The notes below the pieces were generated by a model that was given only the letters and a program-made list of their open reading frames with translations, was not told the origin of the DNA and made no database searches. Below are positions 9,358 through 19,735 of a stretch of 64,000 nucleotides of DNA, piece after piece; position 1 is the stretch's first letter, and each line of letters starts with the position of its first letter. Origin of the DNA: Myxococcales bacterium (GTDB taxonomy: Bacteria > Myxococcota_A > Polyangia > Polyangiales > DASUME01); NCBI GenBank assembly GCA_047601445.1, contig JASGJH010000001.1:8768001-8832000 (forward strand), given 5' to 3'. Both the position numbers and the translations under genes were made by a program.

Positions 9358-10213
9358 CCTCGCTCGACGCGCCCTCGAGGCGCGTGATTGCGAACAGCAG
9401 GCCGAGCCCGAGCAGGAGGGGCGGCCAAACCAGATAGTGGGGTAGATGATCGGTGGTCAGGGATGGAACGTTGAACCCGCGCACCGCCACCAGGTGCTCG
9501 GGAAGCAGCACCGGTACCGCATTGAAGGCCCCATGCAGGGCCACGCCGGGCCACACGGAGCGCGTCGCGAGCGCGAGCCAGCCCAACAGGACGCCCGCCA
9601 CGGTCGCATACAGGGCGGGCACAGCGCCGAGGTGAACCACGCCGAACAACACCGAGCTCAACAAGATCCCGAAGGCCGGGCCGTAGCGGCGGCTGAGTCC
9701 GAACATGAAGATCCCCCGGAACAGGAGCTCTTCCATCAGCGGGATCACCCCGGCCAGGCACAGGATGACGACGGCGCCCTGTCCCAGGGTGCGGGCTTCG
9801 AGCAGGTTTTGCAGGGCCAGCTGCTGCTCGAGCGGATCGGGGCCGAACACGGAGCCGTGGAGCAGGTTCGAGAGCTCGGTGAGCGGGAACTGCAGGCAGG
9901 CCCCAGCCAGGAGGCACAGGCCCAGCGTGCGGCTCGCCACGGGACGCAGGGAGAGGGCGTCCGGGAGCTCGGATTCGGGGTCCATGAGGCGCAGCCCGAG
10001 CAGCAACGATGTGCCCATGGCGGCGGCCTGAATCAGCGTGAGGTTGAGCAAACTGCCGCGCACGTGGCGTTCGGCCTCGGCCAACGAGGTATCGCGACTG
10101 AACGCGGAGAGCGCGGCCAGGCCTGCCCCCAGGCCGATCATCAGCGCGACGGTGAGCACCAATAGGGCCAGCGCGCCGAACAGGGATAGGCTGCGTTGGG
10201 AACGCTCAGGCAC
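9341..10213 (-). CDS. CPBP (Abi/type II CAAX) intramembrane metalloprotease
   Basis: EELLFRG, FGVVH and HGAFN motifs, multiple TM helices; GTG start inferred. Confidence 0.88.
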   Translation of the reverse strand: MPERSQRSLSLFGALALLVLTVALMIGLGAGLAALSAFSRDTSLAEAERHVRGSLLNLTLIQAAAMGTSLLLGLRLMDPESELPDALSLRPVASRTLGLCLLAGACLQFPLTELSNLLHGSVFGPDPLEQQLALQNLLEARTLGQGAVVILCLAGVIPLMEELLFRGIFMFGLSRRYGPAFGILLSSVLFGVVHLGAVPALYATVAGVLLGWLALATRSVWPGVALHGAFNAVPVLLPEHLVAVRGFNVPSLTTDHLPHYLVWPPLLLGLGLLFAITRLEGASSEDGAHE

Positions 10214-10260
10214 TTCCCAAGTATGCTTCGTTGCCCGGGAATTGCTAAGCTCGCGGCCAC

Positions 10261-12555
10261 ATGAAGAAGCCCCTAGCGGTCGTCCCAGCCGGATTGTTTG
10301 CTCGCCAGCGGGCCAGCGCATTGGGTGCGCTCGGCGCCGCGCTCGTGCTGAGCCTGGCCATGGGAGGCTGTGCGGCGCGCGCCCGGCCACCGCAGGCGCC
10401 TCAGGTCGCCGTGCCCGAGACGCTCGACGCCGTGAGCGCAGTCAAGGTCGAGCGCGCGTATCGCCGGCTCGATCCCAGCGATCCTCAGCGCAAGGACATC
10501 CGCGCCAGCCTGGTGCGGTTCCTGGTGACCGAGGCCGAGCGGGTCCACGCCGCCGATGAGTACGACGCGACCGTGGAGAAATTGGCCCGCATTTCGTCGC
10601 TGTACTACCCGAACGAGCTCGAGAGCGGTCTGCTGCCCGAGACGCTCGCGCTGGCCAAGTACCTGCGCAAGCAGGGCGAACCCAAGGGCGACGAGGCGCG
10701 CGTGCTGTCGGCCTTGTGGATCGAGAAGACCCTGGAGCCGCACAACCCGGAGCCCAAGACGCAGTACGAGCAGCTGCGGCGCTGGAGCGATGAGGCGCGC
10801 GAGAACCTCGGTGGGGTGGCCGATCATCTGACGGGACTCATCGAGGTCATGGCCGAGCACGCGCGTTTGACGCCGGCCCCGGACATCCTCGACAACCTCG
10901 CCAATCTGTTCGTGGAGCGCCGACAGCAGCTCGTGAAGGCGCTGGGGCCCGACGGCCAGTCGCCGCCCACGCCCGGAGAGCTGTCGTTCCAGGACTATCG
11001 CGAGGCCACCGTGGCGCTCAGTCGGGCTCCGCTCGACATCGCGGGGGTGTACCTGGCGCACGACGATTTCCAGAGCGCGCTGGCGCGCCTGCGCCAGCTC
11101 GAGACCGTGACCGGACTCGAGCCACGCATTCGCACGGTCGTCGAGATCGTGGCGGAGAGCAAGCCCGAAGCCCCCGATGCGTTGCTCGCGCTCTCGCGGG
11201 CATACATCGAGGGCAGCGATCCGGGCGTGGCTCGCACGCTGTGCACCTATGGCGTGCGCGCCTTCCGGCAGGACTCGCGCTTTCCGCAGTGTCTGGGCCG
11301 CATCGCGGCGGGCGACGACGACTATGCCGAAGCCACCACGGACTACGCCGAGGCCATCCAGCTCGCCCCCGAAGAGCGCGAGCTCTACGACGAGGCGCTC
11401 GAGGTGCTCGCCAACCTGATGCGCGGCGAGATGTTCGACAGCGACCCGAGCGAGACACGGGCGCTCGCCGAGCAGGCGCGCAACATCCTCGACGAGCGCG
11501 TCAAGCGCTGGCCCGACGTGCCGCCTCCGGTGGCCGTGGACGAACTCGAGCTCGCGGTGGGGCTGGCCGAGATGAGCGCGGGCAATGTCGACGAGGCCCG
11601 GCAGCACTTCGAGATCAGCCTGGAACGCCGTGAGTCCACGCGCGCGCTGATCCAGCTCGGGCAGCTCAGCGCACGCCTCGGCAGGTACGAAGAGGCCGAC
11701 AAGTACCTGCGACGGGCCCTCGAGCGCACCACCCAGCGCGACACCGAGGAGTCTCGGCTCAAGGCGCAGATTCTCGAGCAGATCGGCGACGCCGAGCGCG
11801 CGCGCGGCGACCAGGTGGCGGCCAAGCGCTCCTACGGGGAGGCGCTCGCTCTGTGGGACGCGGGCACCCGCGCCAACGACGAGGCTCCTCAGCGCGCGTT
11901 CACCCAGATCCGTCGAGGCATCCTGCTGTCGCGCCTGGACCGCAAGAAGGAGGCCGCCGATGCGTTCGAGCTCGCCATGCAGGCCGCGCCGGACAACCGC
12001 GAGACCTACGCCCAGATCCTTTCCTACCTGGTGGTGGCTCAGCCCGACCCTTCGCTGGCGGAGTCCATCGTGGCGCGCGCCCAGCGCCAGCTGACGCTCG
12101 ATCCGGAGTGGAAGACCTATTTCTCGCTGTGGGCCAAGGCCGTGGCGGGTCGCGCTCACGCTGCGAGCCCCGGTGATGTGGATCGCTTGCTGGGCCGCCT
12201 CTCCCGCTCCGAAGCCTGGTGGGGACACCTGGCGGCGTTCGGCCTGGGCAGCATCGACTACGCCAAGCTCTCGGGGCTGGCGAAGACGCGCGGCGAACAC
12301 ACCGAAGCGGACTTCTACGAAGCCGTACGGCGCGCCAGCACCGGCGATCTGACGGGCGCGCGGGCCCTGTTCAAGGCCGTGATCGACTCGCACATGGTGG
12401 GCTTCTACGAATACCAGATGGCGCAGGAGCTGTTGCTGCTCGACGACGCCACGCTGTCGCGGGGCAGCGCGCTCGTGGCGCCGGCTGCAGACGTCGCGCC
12501 TGCAGCCGCCGCACCAGCCACAGCGGTTCCCGCACCCACCGCGAGCGCCAAGTAA
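10261..12555 (+). CDS. Large TPR-repeat lipoprotein
   Basis: Signal ending MGGC, many TPR-like helical repeats, Ala/Pro-rich tail. Confidence 0.75.
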   Translation: MKKPLAVVPAGLFARQRASALGALGAALVLSLAMGGCAARARPPQAPQVAVPETLDAVSAVKVERAYRRLDPSDPQRKDIRASLVRFLVTEAERVHAADEYDATVEKLARISSLYYPNELESGLLPETLALAKYLRKQGEPKGDEARVLSALWIEKTLEPHNPEPKTQYEQLRRWSDEARENLGGVADHLTGLIEVMAEHARLTPAPDILDNLANLFVERRQQLVKALGPDGQSPPTPGELSFQDYREATVALSRAPLDIAGVYLAHDDFQSALARLRQLETVTGLEPRIRTVVEIVAESKPEAPDALLALSRAYIEGSDPGVARTLCTYGVRAFRQDSRFPQCLGRIAAGDDDYAEATTDYAEAIQLAPEERELYDEALEVLANLMRGEMFDSDPSETRALAEQARNILDERVKRWPDVPPPVAVDELELAVGLAEMSAGNVDEARQHFEISLERRESTRALIQLGQLSARLGRYEEADKYLRRALERTTQRDTEESRLKAQILEQIGDAERARGDQVAAKRSYGEALALWDAGTRANDEAPQRAFTQIRRGILLSRLDRKKEAADAFELAMQAAPDNRETYAQILSYLVVAQPDPSLAESIVARAQRQLTLDPEWKTYFSLWAKAVAGRAHAASPGDVDRLLGRLSRSEAWWGHLAAFGLGSIDYAKLSGLAKTRGEHTEADFYEAVRRASTGDLTGARALFKAVIDSHMVGFYEYQMAQELLLLDDATLSRGSALVAPAADVAPAAAAPATAVPAPTASAK

Positions 12556-12567
12556 CGCTGCGCAGAG

Positions 12568-13044
12568 TTACGCGCCGAGTGCGTCGAAGGCTTGGATGAC
12601 CTCGGGCGGTGCCTGCACCAGCTCGATGAGCACGCCTTCGCCGCTGAGCGGGGACTCTTCGTTGCCCTTGGGGTGGATGAAGGTGACGTCGTAGCCAGCG
12701 GCGCCCTTGCGGATGCCACCGGGCGTGAAGCGCATGCCCTTGGACTCGAGCCAGCTCACGGCCGCGCGGATGTCGTCGACCCAGAGACCGATGTGGTTGA
12801 GCTGCGGGTCGTTGACCTTGGGCTTCTTGTCGGGGTCGATGGGCTGCATGAGGTCGACTTCGACGCGGAAGGGACCACTGCCCAGCACCGCGATGTCTTC
12901 ATCGACGTTTTCCTTCTCGGACTTGTAGTTGCCCTCGAGGTGCAGGCCGAGCGTGTCGACCCACAGCTTCTTGAGGCGCCCCTTATCGAGCCCACCGATG
13001 GCGATCTGTTGAAGTCCCAACACGCGAAAGGGTCTCTTTTCCAC
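12568..13044 (-). CDS. VOC family protein, probable methylmalonyl-CoA epimerase
   Basis: [21 protein letters not shown]...GVLIELVQ. Confidence 0.75.
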   Translation of the reverse strand: MEKRPFRVLGLQQIAIGGLDKGRLKKLWVDTLGLHLEGNYKSEKENVDEDIAVLGSGPFRVEVDLMQPIDPDKKPKVNDPQLNHIGLWVDDIRAAVSWLESKGMRFTPGGIRKGAAGYDVTFIHPKGNEESPLSGEGVLIELVQAPPEVIQAFDALGA

Positions 13045-13062
13045 GGCCTTCTGCTCCTTCTC

Positions 13063-14040
13063 TCACTTCTTCACGGAGATGCCGATGACATCCCGAACGC
13101 GGCTCAAGGTGGCCTGCGCGATCTTGCGTGCGCGCTCTGCGCCGTGCTCGAGGATCTTGTCGAGGCCCGCTTCGTCGGCCCGCAAGGCCTGATAGCGCTC
13201 GCGCATGGGCCCGAGCTCCGACTCCATGGCGGCGAGCAGATCTTGCTTGGCGTGTCCCCAGCCGTAGTTACCCGCGGCCAGCTTGGCGGAAAGCTCCGCC
13301 GCCTTGGCTTCACCAGCCACCTGCTTGTAGATGGTGAACACGGTGGTGCCCTCGGCCTGCTTGGGCTCCTCGAGCGACTCCGAGCCCGTGACTACACTCA
13401 TCACGGCCTTCTTGAGCTCTTTCTGCGTGCCGAACAGCGGGATGACGTTGCCGTAGCTCTTCGACATCTTCTGACCGTCGAGCCCGGGTACCAGCACCTC
13501 GTCTTGGATCACGGGTTCGGGCACCACCAGCGTGCCTTCGCCGAACACGTGGTTGAGCCGCAGTGCGAGGTCGCGCGCGATCTCGATGTGCTGCTTCTGA
13601 TCGCGGCCCACGGGTACCACGTTGGTGTCGTACAGGACGATGTCCGCGGCCATCAGCACCGGGTAGTTGAAGATGCCGGCGTTCGGGGCCTGGCCCTTGG
13701 CGAGCGCGTCCTTGTAGGCGTGTCCGCGCTCGAGCTGCCCGGTGGCCGTGAGGCAGGCGAGGATCCACGTGAGCTCGAAAACCTCGGGCAAGGAGGATTG
13801 CCGGTAGAGCAGGGTACGCTCCGGGTTGAGCCCAGCAGCAAGCCATGCTGCGGCGACGTCGTAGATCATCGTGTGCAGCGCGCTGCGGTCGTTGACCGTG
13901 GTGAGCGCGTGGTAGTCGGCGATGAAGTACAGCGTGCTTTCGTAGGTTTCGGCGAGCCGCAACGCGGGGCGAATCGCTCCCAAATAGTTGCCCACGTGGA
14001 TGGTGCCGGTGGGTTTGATGCCTGTCAGGGACCGCTGCAC
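13063..14040 (-). CDS. trpS: Tryptophanyl-tRNA synthetase
   Basis: TGIKPTG-HVGNYLG, YPVLMAADI, VPVGRDQKQH, KMSKS. Confidence 0.97.
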   Translation of the reverse strand: MQRSLTGIKPTGTIHVGNYLGAIRPALRLAETYESTLYFIADYHALTTVNDRSALHTMIYDVAAAWLAAGLNPERTLLYRQSSLPEVFELTWILACLTATGQLERGHAYKDALAKGQAPNAGIFNYPVLMAADIVLYDTNVVPVGRDQKQHIEIARDLALRLNHVFGEGTLVVPEPVIQDEVLVPGLDGQKMSKSYGNVIPLFGTQKELKKAVMSVVTGSESLEEPKQAEGTTVFTIYKQVAGEAKAAELSAKLAAGNYGWGHAKQDLLAAMESELGPMRERYQALRADEAGLDKILEHGAERARKIAQATLSRVRDVIGISVKK

Positions 14041-14155
14041 TTACTCTCTCTCCGTTGCGTGCTCGTGCGCGGACCCGCGCACTTTGGATTGCCTGATTCG
14101 CGGTGGATAGCAGAACGCCTCCCCGCCGCTAGCTGGGCGGGCATAGGATCGATGC

Positions 14156-14944
14156 GTGCGCAATTTCGTGGATTGGCTGCAGTCGACGGGAGCACCCCAG
14201 TTCAGCCGCCTGCACGGCGGCGAAACCCCTCGTGTTCCAGATGTCTTGGCGGTGGGCGAGCTGAAGGTGGTGTACCAGCCTATCGTGGACCTCCGCTTCA
14301 AGCGGGTGTTCGCCTATGAGGCCCTGGTGCGCAGCTCCTCCCCGCATTTCCAGGGGCCGCCGGCCCTCTTCAGCGAGGCCCTCAAAAGCCGCCAGCTGGG
14401 TGCCCTCGGGCGCATCATCCGGGAGCTCACGGTGGAGCACGCCCCGGCCTGCCCGCTGTTCGTGAACATCCACCCCAACGAATTCGACGAGGGCTGGCTG
14501 GTGCAACCCGACGACCCCGTGTTCCGCCACGAGCACGGCGTGTATCTGGAGATCACCGAGTCGGTTCCCCTCACGCATTTCGCCATGTGCCACAACGTGC
14601 TGTCCGAGATGCGCAGCCGCGGCGCGTTCCTCGCCGTCGACGACCTCGGAGCGGGCTACTCGAACCTGAAGTACATCGCAGATCTCTCGCCCGAGATCGT
14701 GAAGCTGGATCGTGAGTTGGTGGTGAATCTGCGTCCGGGCACGCGTCAACACCTGCTAGTGCGGGCCATCGTGCGGCTCTGCGAGGAGCTCGGCACCAAG
14801 GTCGTCGCGGAGGGCATCGAGACCGAGGCCGAGGCGAGCGCGGTGATGGACACGGGAGCGCACTACGGGCAGGGCTACTACTTCGCCAAGCCCGCGTATC
14901 CACCGCCGTTGGCCAAGCTGGACGTGGTTCGCGCCGCGTCCTAG
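14156..14944 (+). CDS. Stand-alone EAL-domain c-di-GMP phosphodiesterase
   Basis: YQPIV, EALVR, EITE, DDLGAGYS, KLDR, AEGIET and QGY motifs intact. Confidence 0.9.
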   Translation: MRNFVDWLQSTGAPQFSRLHGGETPRVPDVLAVGELKVVYQPIVDLRFKRVFAYEALVRSSSPHFQGPPALFSEALKSRQLGALGRIIRELTVEHAPACPLFVNIHPNEFDEGWLVQPDDPVFRHEHGVYLEITESVPLTHFAMCHNVLSEMRSRGAFLAVDDLGAGYSNLKYIADLSPEIVKLDRELVVNLRPGTRQHLLVRAIVRLCEELGTKVVAEGIETEAEASAVMDTGAHYGQGYYFAKPAYPPPLAKLDVVRAAS

Positions 14945-14958
14945 CACGCCGCGTCCGG

Positions 14959-16954
14959 CTAGCGTCTCCGTTCGAGCTCGCTCAGGAGGGCCTGCTCCGC
15001 GCGACGCCAGGCGCCCTCGAGGCCTTCGAACGTTGCAACGACTTCCTCGGGCGAGTCGGGCTCGTTCTCGAGCGTGCCTTGCAGCGCACGCGCCCGCCGT
15101 GCGACGTCTTTGGCCCCCACCATCGCCGCTTGGCCTGCCACCGCGTGGGCAGCCTCCGCCGCAGCTGCCCAAGCCTCCGCTTGCAGCAAACGCCGGAGCT
15201 CCTCGAACTGCTCATGCTGGGAGGCCCGCGTCTGGGCTACCACCCGGGGCAGCACCGCCTGTCCGTCGCGGCCCGTGAGACCCCGCAGAATCCTCGATGA
15301 CTTTGGGGTCGAGCGGGTTGTCGGGATCGGGCGCGGACGCCTCTTGAGCTGGGCTCGCGTTGGCCGTTTGGGAGAGTCCCTGGGTCTCTGCTTCACTCAG
15401 CAAGGTGAGCAGGGCGGCGCGCGAGAGCGGCTTGGCGAGTACGCCGTCGATGGCCGCGAGCTCGCTCAGTTGCTCGTGGGCGAACAGGTTGGCCGTGAGC
15501 AGATAGATGCGCACCGGACGCTCGAGGCGCCTGGTCTGGCTGAGCCTGCGCAGCGCCACGGCAGTCTCCGCACCATCGGCGTCGGGCATCTGGTAGTCCA
15601 GCAAGACGAGATCGAATGCCTGGCTCGCCATCAAGCGTTGGGCCTCGTTGCCGCCTGCGGCGCACTCCGTTTGCCATCCGGAGAGCTCGAGCATGGCGCG
15701 CAGGAGCTCGCGCGCGGGTGCGCTGTCGTCCACGATCAGAGCGCGCCCGCCGTGCAGCGCGTGCTGTGGCAACGGCGAAGGGGGCCGAGTGGCGGCCTCG
15801 CGACGCAACTCATCCACACCGGCGAGCGGCAGGAGCACGCGGATCTTGGTGCCCCGTCCCAACTCGCTCTCGACCTCGAGCGTGCCTCCCATGTGGGTCA
15901 CCAGGCGGTGCGCGATGGCGAGGCCCAGGCCCACGCCGCCGTAGCGTCGGCGCGTGCTGCCGTCGGCTTGCTGGAACGGGGCCAGTACGCGTCGAGCCTC
16001 CTCCAGGTTCATGCCGATACCGGTGTCGCTGACCTCGACCTGGACCTGCTGCACGCCGCGCTCGCGGGCGGTGCTGCGCAGGCTCAGCGCAACCTCGCCG
16101 CGTTCGGTGAACTTCACCGCGTTGTCGAGCAAGTTGCGCACGATCTGCAGCACGCGCGCGGCGTCGGCCTCGACCCAGACCCGCTGCGCTTCGTGGTCGA
16201 AGCGCAGGGCGAGCCCCTTGACGCGCGCGCTGGGCTCCGCGGACTCCACCAACGTCTGCAGCGCGGTCACGAGCTCCACCGGTTCGCGCTCGAGACTCAA
16301 GCCGCCCGCTTCGAGTGCCGCCAGGTGCAGCAAGTCGTCCACCTGACGCTGCATGGCTCCGCACTGACCGCGGATCAGCTCTACATAGCGCCGCTGCTTT
16401 TCGTCGAGCGTACCCGCCTCGAGCAGCTCGGCGAAACCCGAGATGCAATGGGCCGGTGAACGCAGCTCGTGGCTCACGTTCGCGAGCAGCTCCGAGCGTG
16501 CGATCACGGCGCTCTCGGCGCGCTTGCGCAAGTTGCGGAGCTCCTGCTCCATGCGCTTTCGCTCGTCGATGTCGCGCACGCTGGTGCGATAGCCCGCCGG
16601 GTTTCCCGTCGAGTCCGTGAGACTCTGCCAGGAGATCGCCACCCAGCGTTCCACGCCGTCTTTACGCACGATGCGAAACTCGATGTCGTTGCCGCTGCCG
16701 CGTCGCTCGGCGTCACGCACGATGGCGCTGACCAGGGCCCGATCGTGCTCGTGCACCAGGCTCACCGGGTAGTCCGCCATGGCCAGGCACTCGTCCACCG
16801 CGTAGCCGGTGATGCGCTCCACGGCGGCGTTCACCCAGCGCGGACGTCCTTCGGCGTCGACCCAGGTCTCCCAGTCGTAGGTGTACTCGGCGATGATGCG
16901 GAACAGGTCGGGTGTGGGGGCACCGCCGCCCGCGTCCGAATGGGGCCGACTCAC
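14959..16954 (-). pseudogene. PAS-HisKA-HATPase-REC-Hpt hybrid histidine kinase with an apparent +1 frameshift near 15289
   Basis: ORF 15212-16954 has PAS, SHELRSP, N/G boxes and REC (LLDYQMP); the Hpt domain (AAHAVAGQAAMVGA) is in another frame ending at 14959. Confidence 0.75.
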
Positions 16955-16957
16955 GGC

Positions 16958-17611
16958 TCAGCTCTCCGCGTCGACCAGTCCCTGGGCGATCGCATAGCGG
17001 GTCAGCCCGGCCACGTCGTGCACGCCCAGCCGTTCCATGATGCGCGTGCGGTGGTTGGTGACCGTCTTCTCGCTCAGGATCAAGCGAGTGGCGATTTCCT
17101 TGGTGCTCATCCCGCTGGCCACCAACCGCACCACTTCGCGCTGACGACTGGTGAGCTGCTGGTCGCATTCGGGTGTGACGGCCGCCTCGTGCAAGAGCTG
17201 GCTGGTCTGGCTGCAGTAGAACACGCCGCCTGCCGAGACTCGGTCGATGGCCTCGCGCAGCTCGCGCAGGGGAGCGCCCTTGGTGACCACGCCGTGGGCG
17301 CCGCGCGCGGTGGCCTCCTTGACGATGGCTGGACGAGAGTGCGCCGTGAGCACGACGACGCGTGAGCCACGCGACGTCGACTTGATCTCACTCAAGAGCT
17401 CGAACCCGTGGGCGTCCGGCAGCACCAGATCGAGCAGCACCAGATCGAAGCGACCCTTGGTCAACGCGCTGCGCGCCTCGGCGCCGGTCCCGGCGGACTC
17501 GGTCTCGTAGTGCACGCTGGCGAAGAGCTCTTCGAGCAATTCGCGCAAGGTGGTTTGGTCTTCGACGATCAGGGCCCGCTTGGCGGCGGACGGGCGGGAT
17601 TTGGTGAGCAT
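16958..17611 (-). CDS. NarL/LuxR-family response regulator
   Basis: REC (IVED, LLDLVLP, K) plus LTSRQREVV...GMSTKEIA...SEKTV HTH. Confidence 0.93.
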   Translation of the reverse strand: MLTKSRPSAAKRALIVEDQTTLRELLEELFASVHYETESAGTGAEARSALTKGRFDLVLLDLVLPDAHGFELLSEIKSTSRGSRVVVLTAHSRPAIVKEATARGAHGVVTKGAPLRELREAIDRVSAGGVFYCSQTSQLLHEAAVTPECDQQLTSRQREVVRLVASGMSTKEIATRLILSEKTVTNHRTRIMERLGVHDVAGLTRYAIAQGLVDAES

Positions 17612-17940
17612 TCTTTTTGTGAACCTTGGGGGGTTCCCTCTATTCCGGGGGGTGGGCAAAAAGTCCACAGTGTACCCGGGGTGGAGTCTCGCGTGACCTA
17701 TTCAGGATGACGCAAAACCTCATCACGGTCGCAGGCAAGCTTGGGTGCCCGCGTAAATGCGCGGCTTTTCGAGCGCTGCGAGCCCTGCTCTCGCGTCGGT
17801 GAGGGCCCCCGACTGGGTCCTCCGGGCTCACCGAATGCGCTCCCCAACGCGGCTAGACGCTGTCTGGTCCGCTTTGGTTCCCACCACCTCCTCGGGCGCC
17901 GTGCTCCGCGCGGTCGTCCCGCTTGAACGCCCCTCAAGAA

Positions 17941-17999
17941 TCACGGGGCAGGCGAGCCAACCGTGAGAAATCCGCGCGCTCGCCCGTGAGAACTCCGCG
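17941..17999. promoter_or_regulatory. Candidate transcription-factor sites upstream of the sulfatase
   Basis: Direct repeat CCGTGAGAAwTCCGCG-like (A/C at one position) at 17961 and 17984; inverted TCACGG (17941) / CCGTGA (17961). Confidence 0.4.
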
Positions 18000-18116
18000 G
18001 ACTGCGCCATGTAAGCGCGTTTTGCAGCAGAAACGCTGGTGGCACATGCGCTGCATTGGCGGGCGCTGCGCGGCGGACTCTCGGGTTCACGCGCCGCCAA
18101 ACAAGGAGAACGAGGA

Positions 18117-19703
18117 ATGCACGCAGATGCTGCGAAGGGAGCGAGCGCCGGCCGGAGAGCTTGGTTCAGGCTCTCACTGGTGTGGGCGTTGACTGCTGTG
18201 GGATGCGCGAATCAGGGCTCGGACGCCGAGGCTACGCGCGAGGACTCGCTCGAGGTTGCGGAGACCAAGAACGAGTCTCTCTCGAGCAAGCCCAACATCG
18301 TGTACATCGTGACCGACGACCTCAACACCGAAGTGTACGACCGGCAAACCGGGCTCAAGTCGTTGCTCGATCAACAAGGCACGGTGTTCAACAAGCACTT
18401 CGTGAGCCTCTCGCTGTGCTGCCCCTCGCGCACGGCGGTCCTGCGCGGGCAGTTCGCGCACAACAGCGGCGTGTTCTCCAACGGTGGAGAGAACGGCGGC
18501 TTCGGCAAGGTCTACGCCGACGGCCTGGAGAGCAGCACGATCGCTACGGCGCTGCAGGGGGCGGGGTACCGCACGGCTCTGTTCGGCAAGTACTTGAACG
18601 GCTATCCCGGCGAGGGCCCCTCGAAGACCTATATCCCGCCGGGCTGGACGCGCTGGTTCGCCGCCAACGGTGGCAGTCCGTACTCCGAGTACAACTACGA
18701 CCTCAACGAGAACGGCACCACGGTTCACTACGGGAGCACGGCCGCGGACTACGGCGTGGACGTCGTAGCGAACAAGGCCACCACCTTCATTCGCAACTCC
18801 ACCAACAACTTCCCCAACAAGCCCTTCTTCCTCTACATCGCGCCCTTCGTTCCGCACGGCCCGGCAACACCGCCGCCTCGCTACGAGGACCGATACCCCA
18901 ACGCCAAGGCGCCACGCACGGCCTCCTTCAACGAGGCCAACGTGGGTGACAAGCCTAACTGGGTGAAGAACAAGGCGCTCCTGACTCAGAATCAGATCGA
19001 TGCCATCGACGCCCTCTATCGCAAGCGCTTGCAGACGATGCTTGCGGTCGAGGACCTCGTGCGCAACGTGATCGACACCCTCAGTGCAACCGGTCAGCTC
19101 GCCAACACGTACATCTTCTTCACTTCGGACAACGGGTTCCACCAGGGCCAGCACCGCTTGACCTCGGGCAAGAACACGGCCTACGAGGAGGACCTGCGCG
19201 TACCGTTGATCGTGCGTGGACCCGGCGTGCCGGTGGGCCGCGTGGTCAACAAGATCACGGCCAACGTCGATTTCGCGTCGACCTGGGCCGACCTCGCTGG
19301 CGTCGCCTCCCTCCCACAGTTCGACGGTCGCTCGTTGGTGCCGTTCCTCCGCAACCTGACGCCGAGCCCCTGGCGTCAGGCCCTGTTGCTCGAGCATGCG
19401 GGTCCGAGCATCACGCTGCCCAGCGCCGACGGCACCCTGGAGCCCCAGGATGACTTCGACGTGCAGGCGCAGGCCACCGGTGGCACGCCCGTGTTCGTCG
19501 GAGTGCGCACCGCCGATCGCACCTACGTGGAGTACGACACCGGCGAGCGCGAGCTTTACGACAACGTCGCCGACCCGGATCAGCTCGACAACTCCTACGG
19601 CACGGCGAGCGCGGCTCTCAAGGCCAGCCTTTCCAGCTGGACGACCAACCTCAAGAGCGCCGCTGGAGCCCAGCTGCGGGCCGCCGAAGAGGTACAGCCC
19701 TGA
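18117..19703 (+). CDS. Exported formylglycine-dependent sulfatase (GlcNAc-6-sulfatase-like)
   Basis: KPNIVYIVTDD, LCCPSR, GYRTALFGKYLN, TSDNGFH; lipobox-like AVGC. Confidence 0.92.
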   Translation: MHADAAKGASAGRRAWFRLSLVWALTAVGCANQGSDAEATREDSLEVAETKNESLSSKPNIVYIVTDDLNTEVYDRQTGLKSLLDQQGTVFNKHFVSLSLCCPSRTAVLRGQFAHNSGVFSNGGENGGFGKVYADGLESSTIATALQGAGYRTALFGKYLNGYPGEGPSKTYIPPGWTRWFAANGGSPYSEYNYDLNENGTTVHYGSTAADYGVDVVANKATTFIRNSTNNFPNKPFFLYIAPFVPHGPATPPPRYEDRYPNAKAPRTASFNEANVGDKPNWVKNKALLTQNQIDAIDALYRKRLQTMLAVEDLVRNVIDTLSATGQLANTYIFFTSDNGFHQGQHRLTSGKNTAYEEDLRVPLIVRGPGVPVGRVVNKITANVDFASTWADLAGVASLPQFDGRSLVPFLRNLTPSPWRQALLLEHAGPSITLPSADGTLEPQDDFDVQAQATGGTPVFVGVRTADRTYVEYDTGERELYDNVADPDQLDNSYGTASAALKASLSSWTTNLKSAAGAQLRAAEEVQP

Positions 19704-19735
19704 GCAGCACGGGTCGCTGCGAGGTGAGGCTCGCC

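Noticed and set aside
9341..10213. CPBP protease as a myxosortase processing the local Cys-rich proteins
   Set aside because: No MYXO-CTERM-like C-terminal TM plus Arg tail was seen on those proteins; they carry N-terminal lipoboxes instead
10273..12393. Long antisense ORFs (also 3175-4914, 7555-9387, 12592-14319, 21006-22790 and others)
   Set aside because: Shadow ORFs expected opposite real genes in high-GC DNA; no motifs
17654..17750. GGGCAAA...GACGCAAAACC resembling a c-di-GMP-I riboswitch
   Set aside because: The spacer between the motifs is ~48 nt with no clear GNRA-capped stem, and it lies ~370 nt from the next plus-strand gene; an Infernal search with the c-di-GMP-I model would be needed
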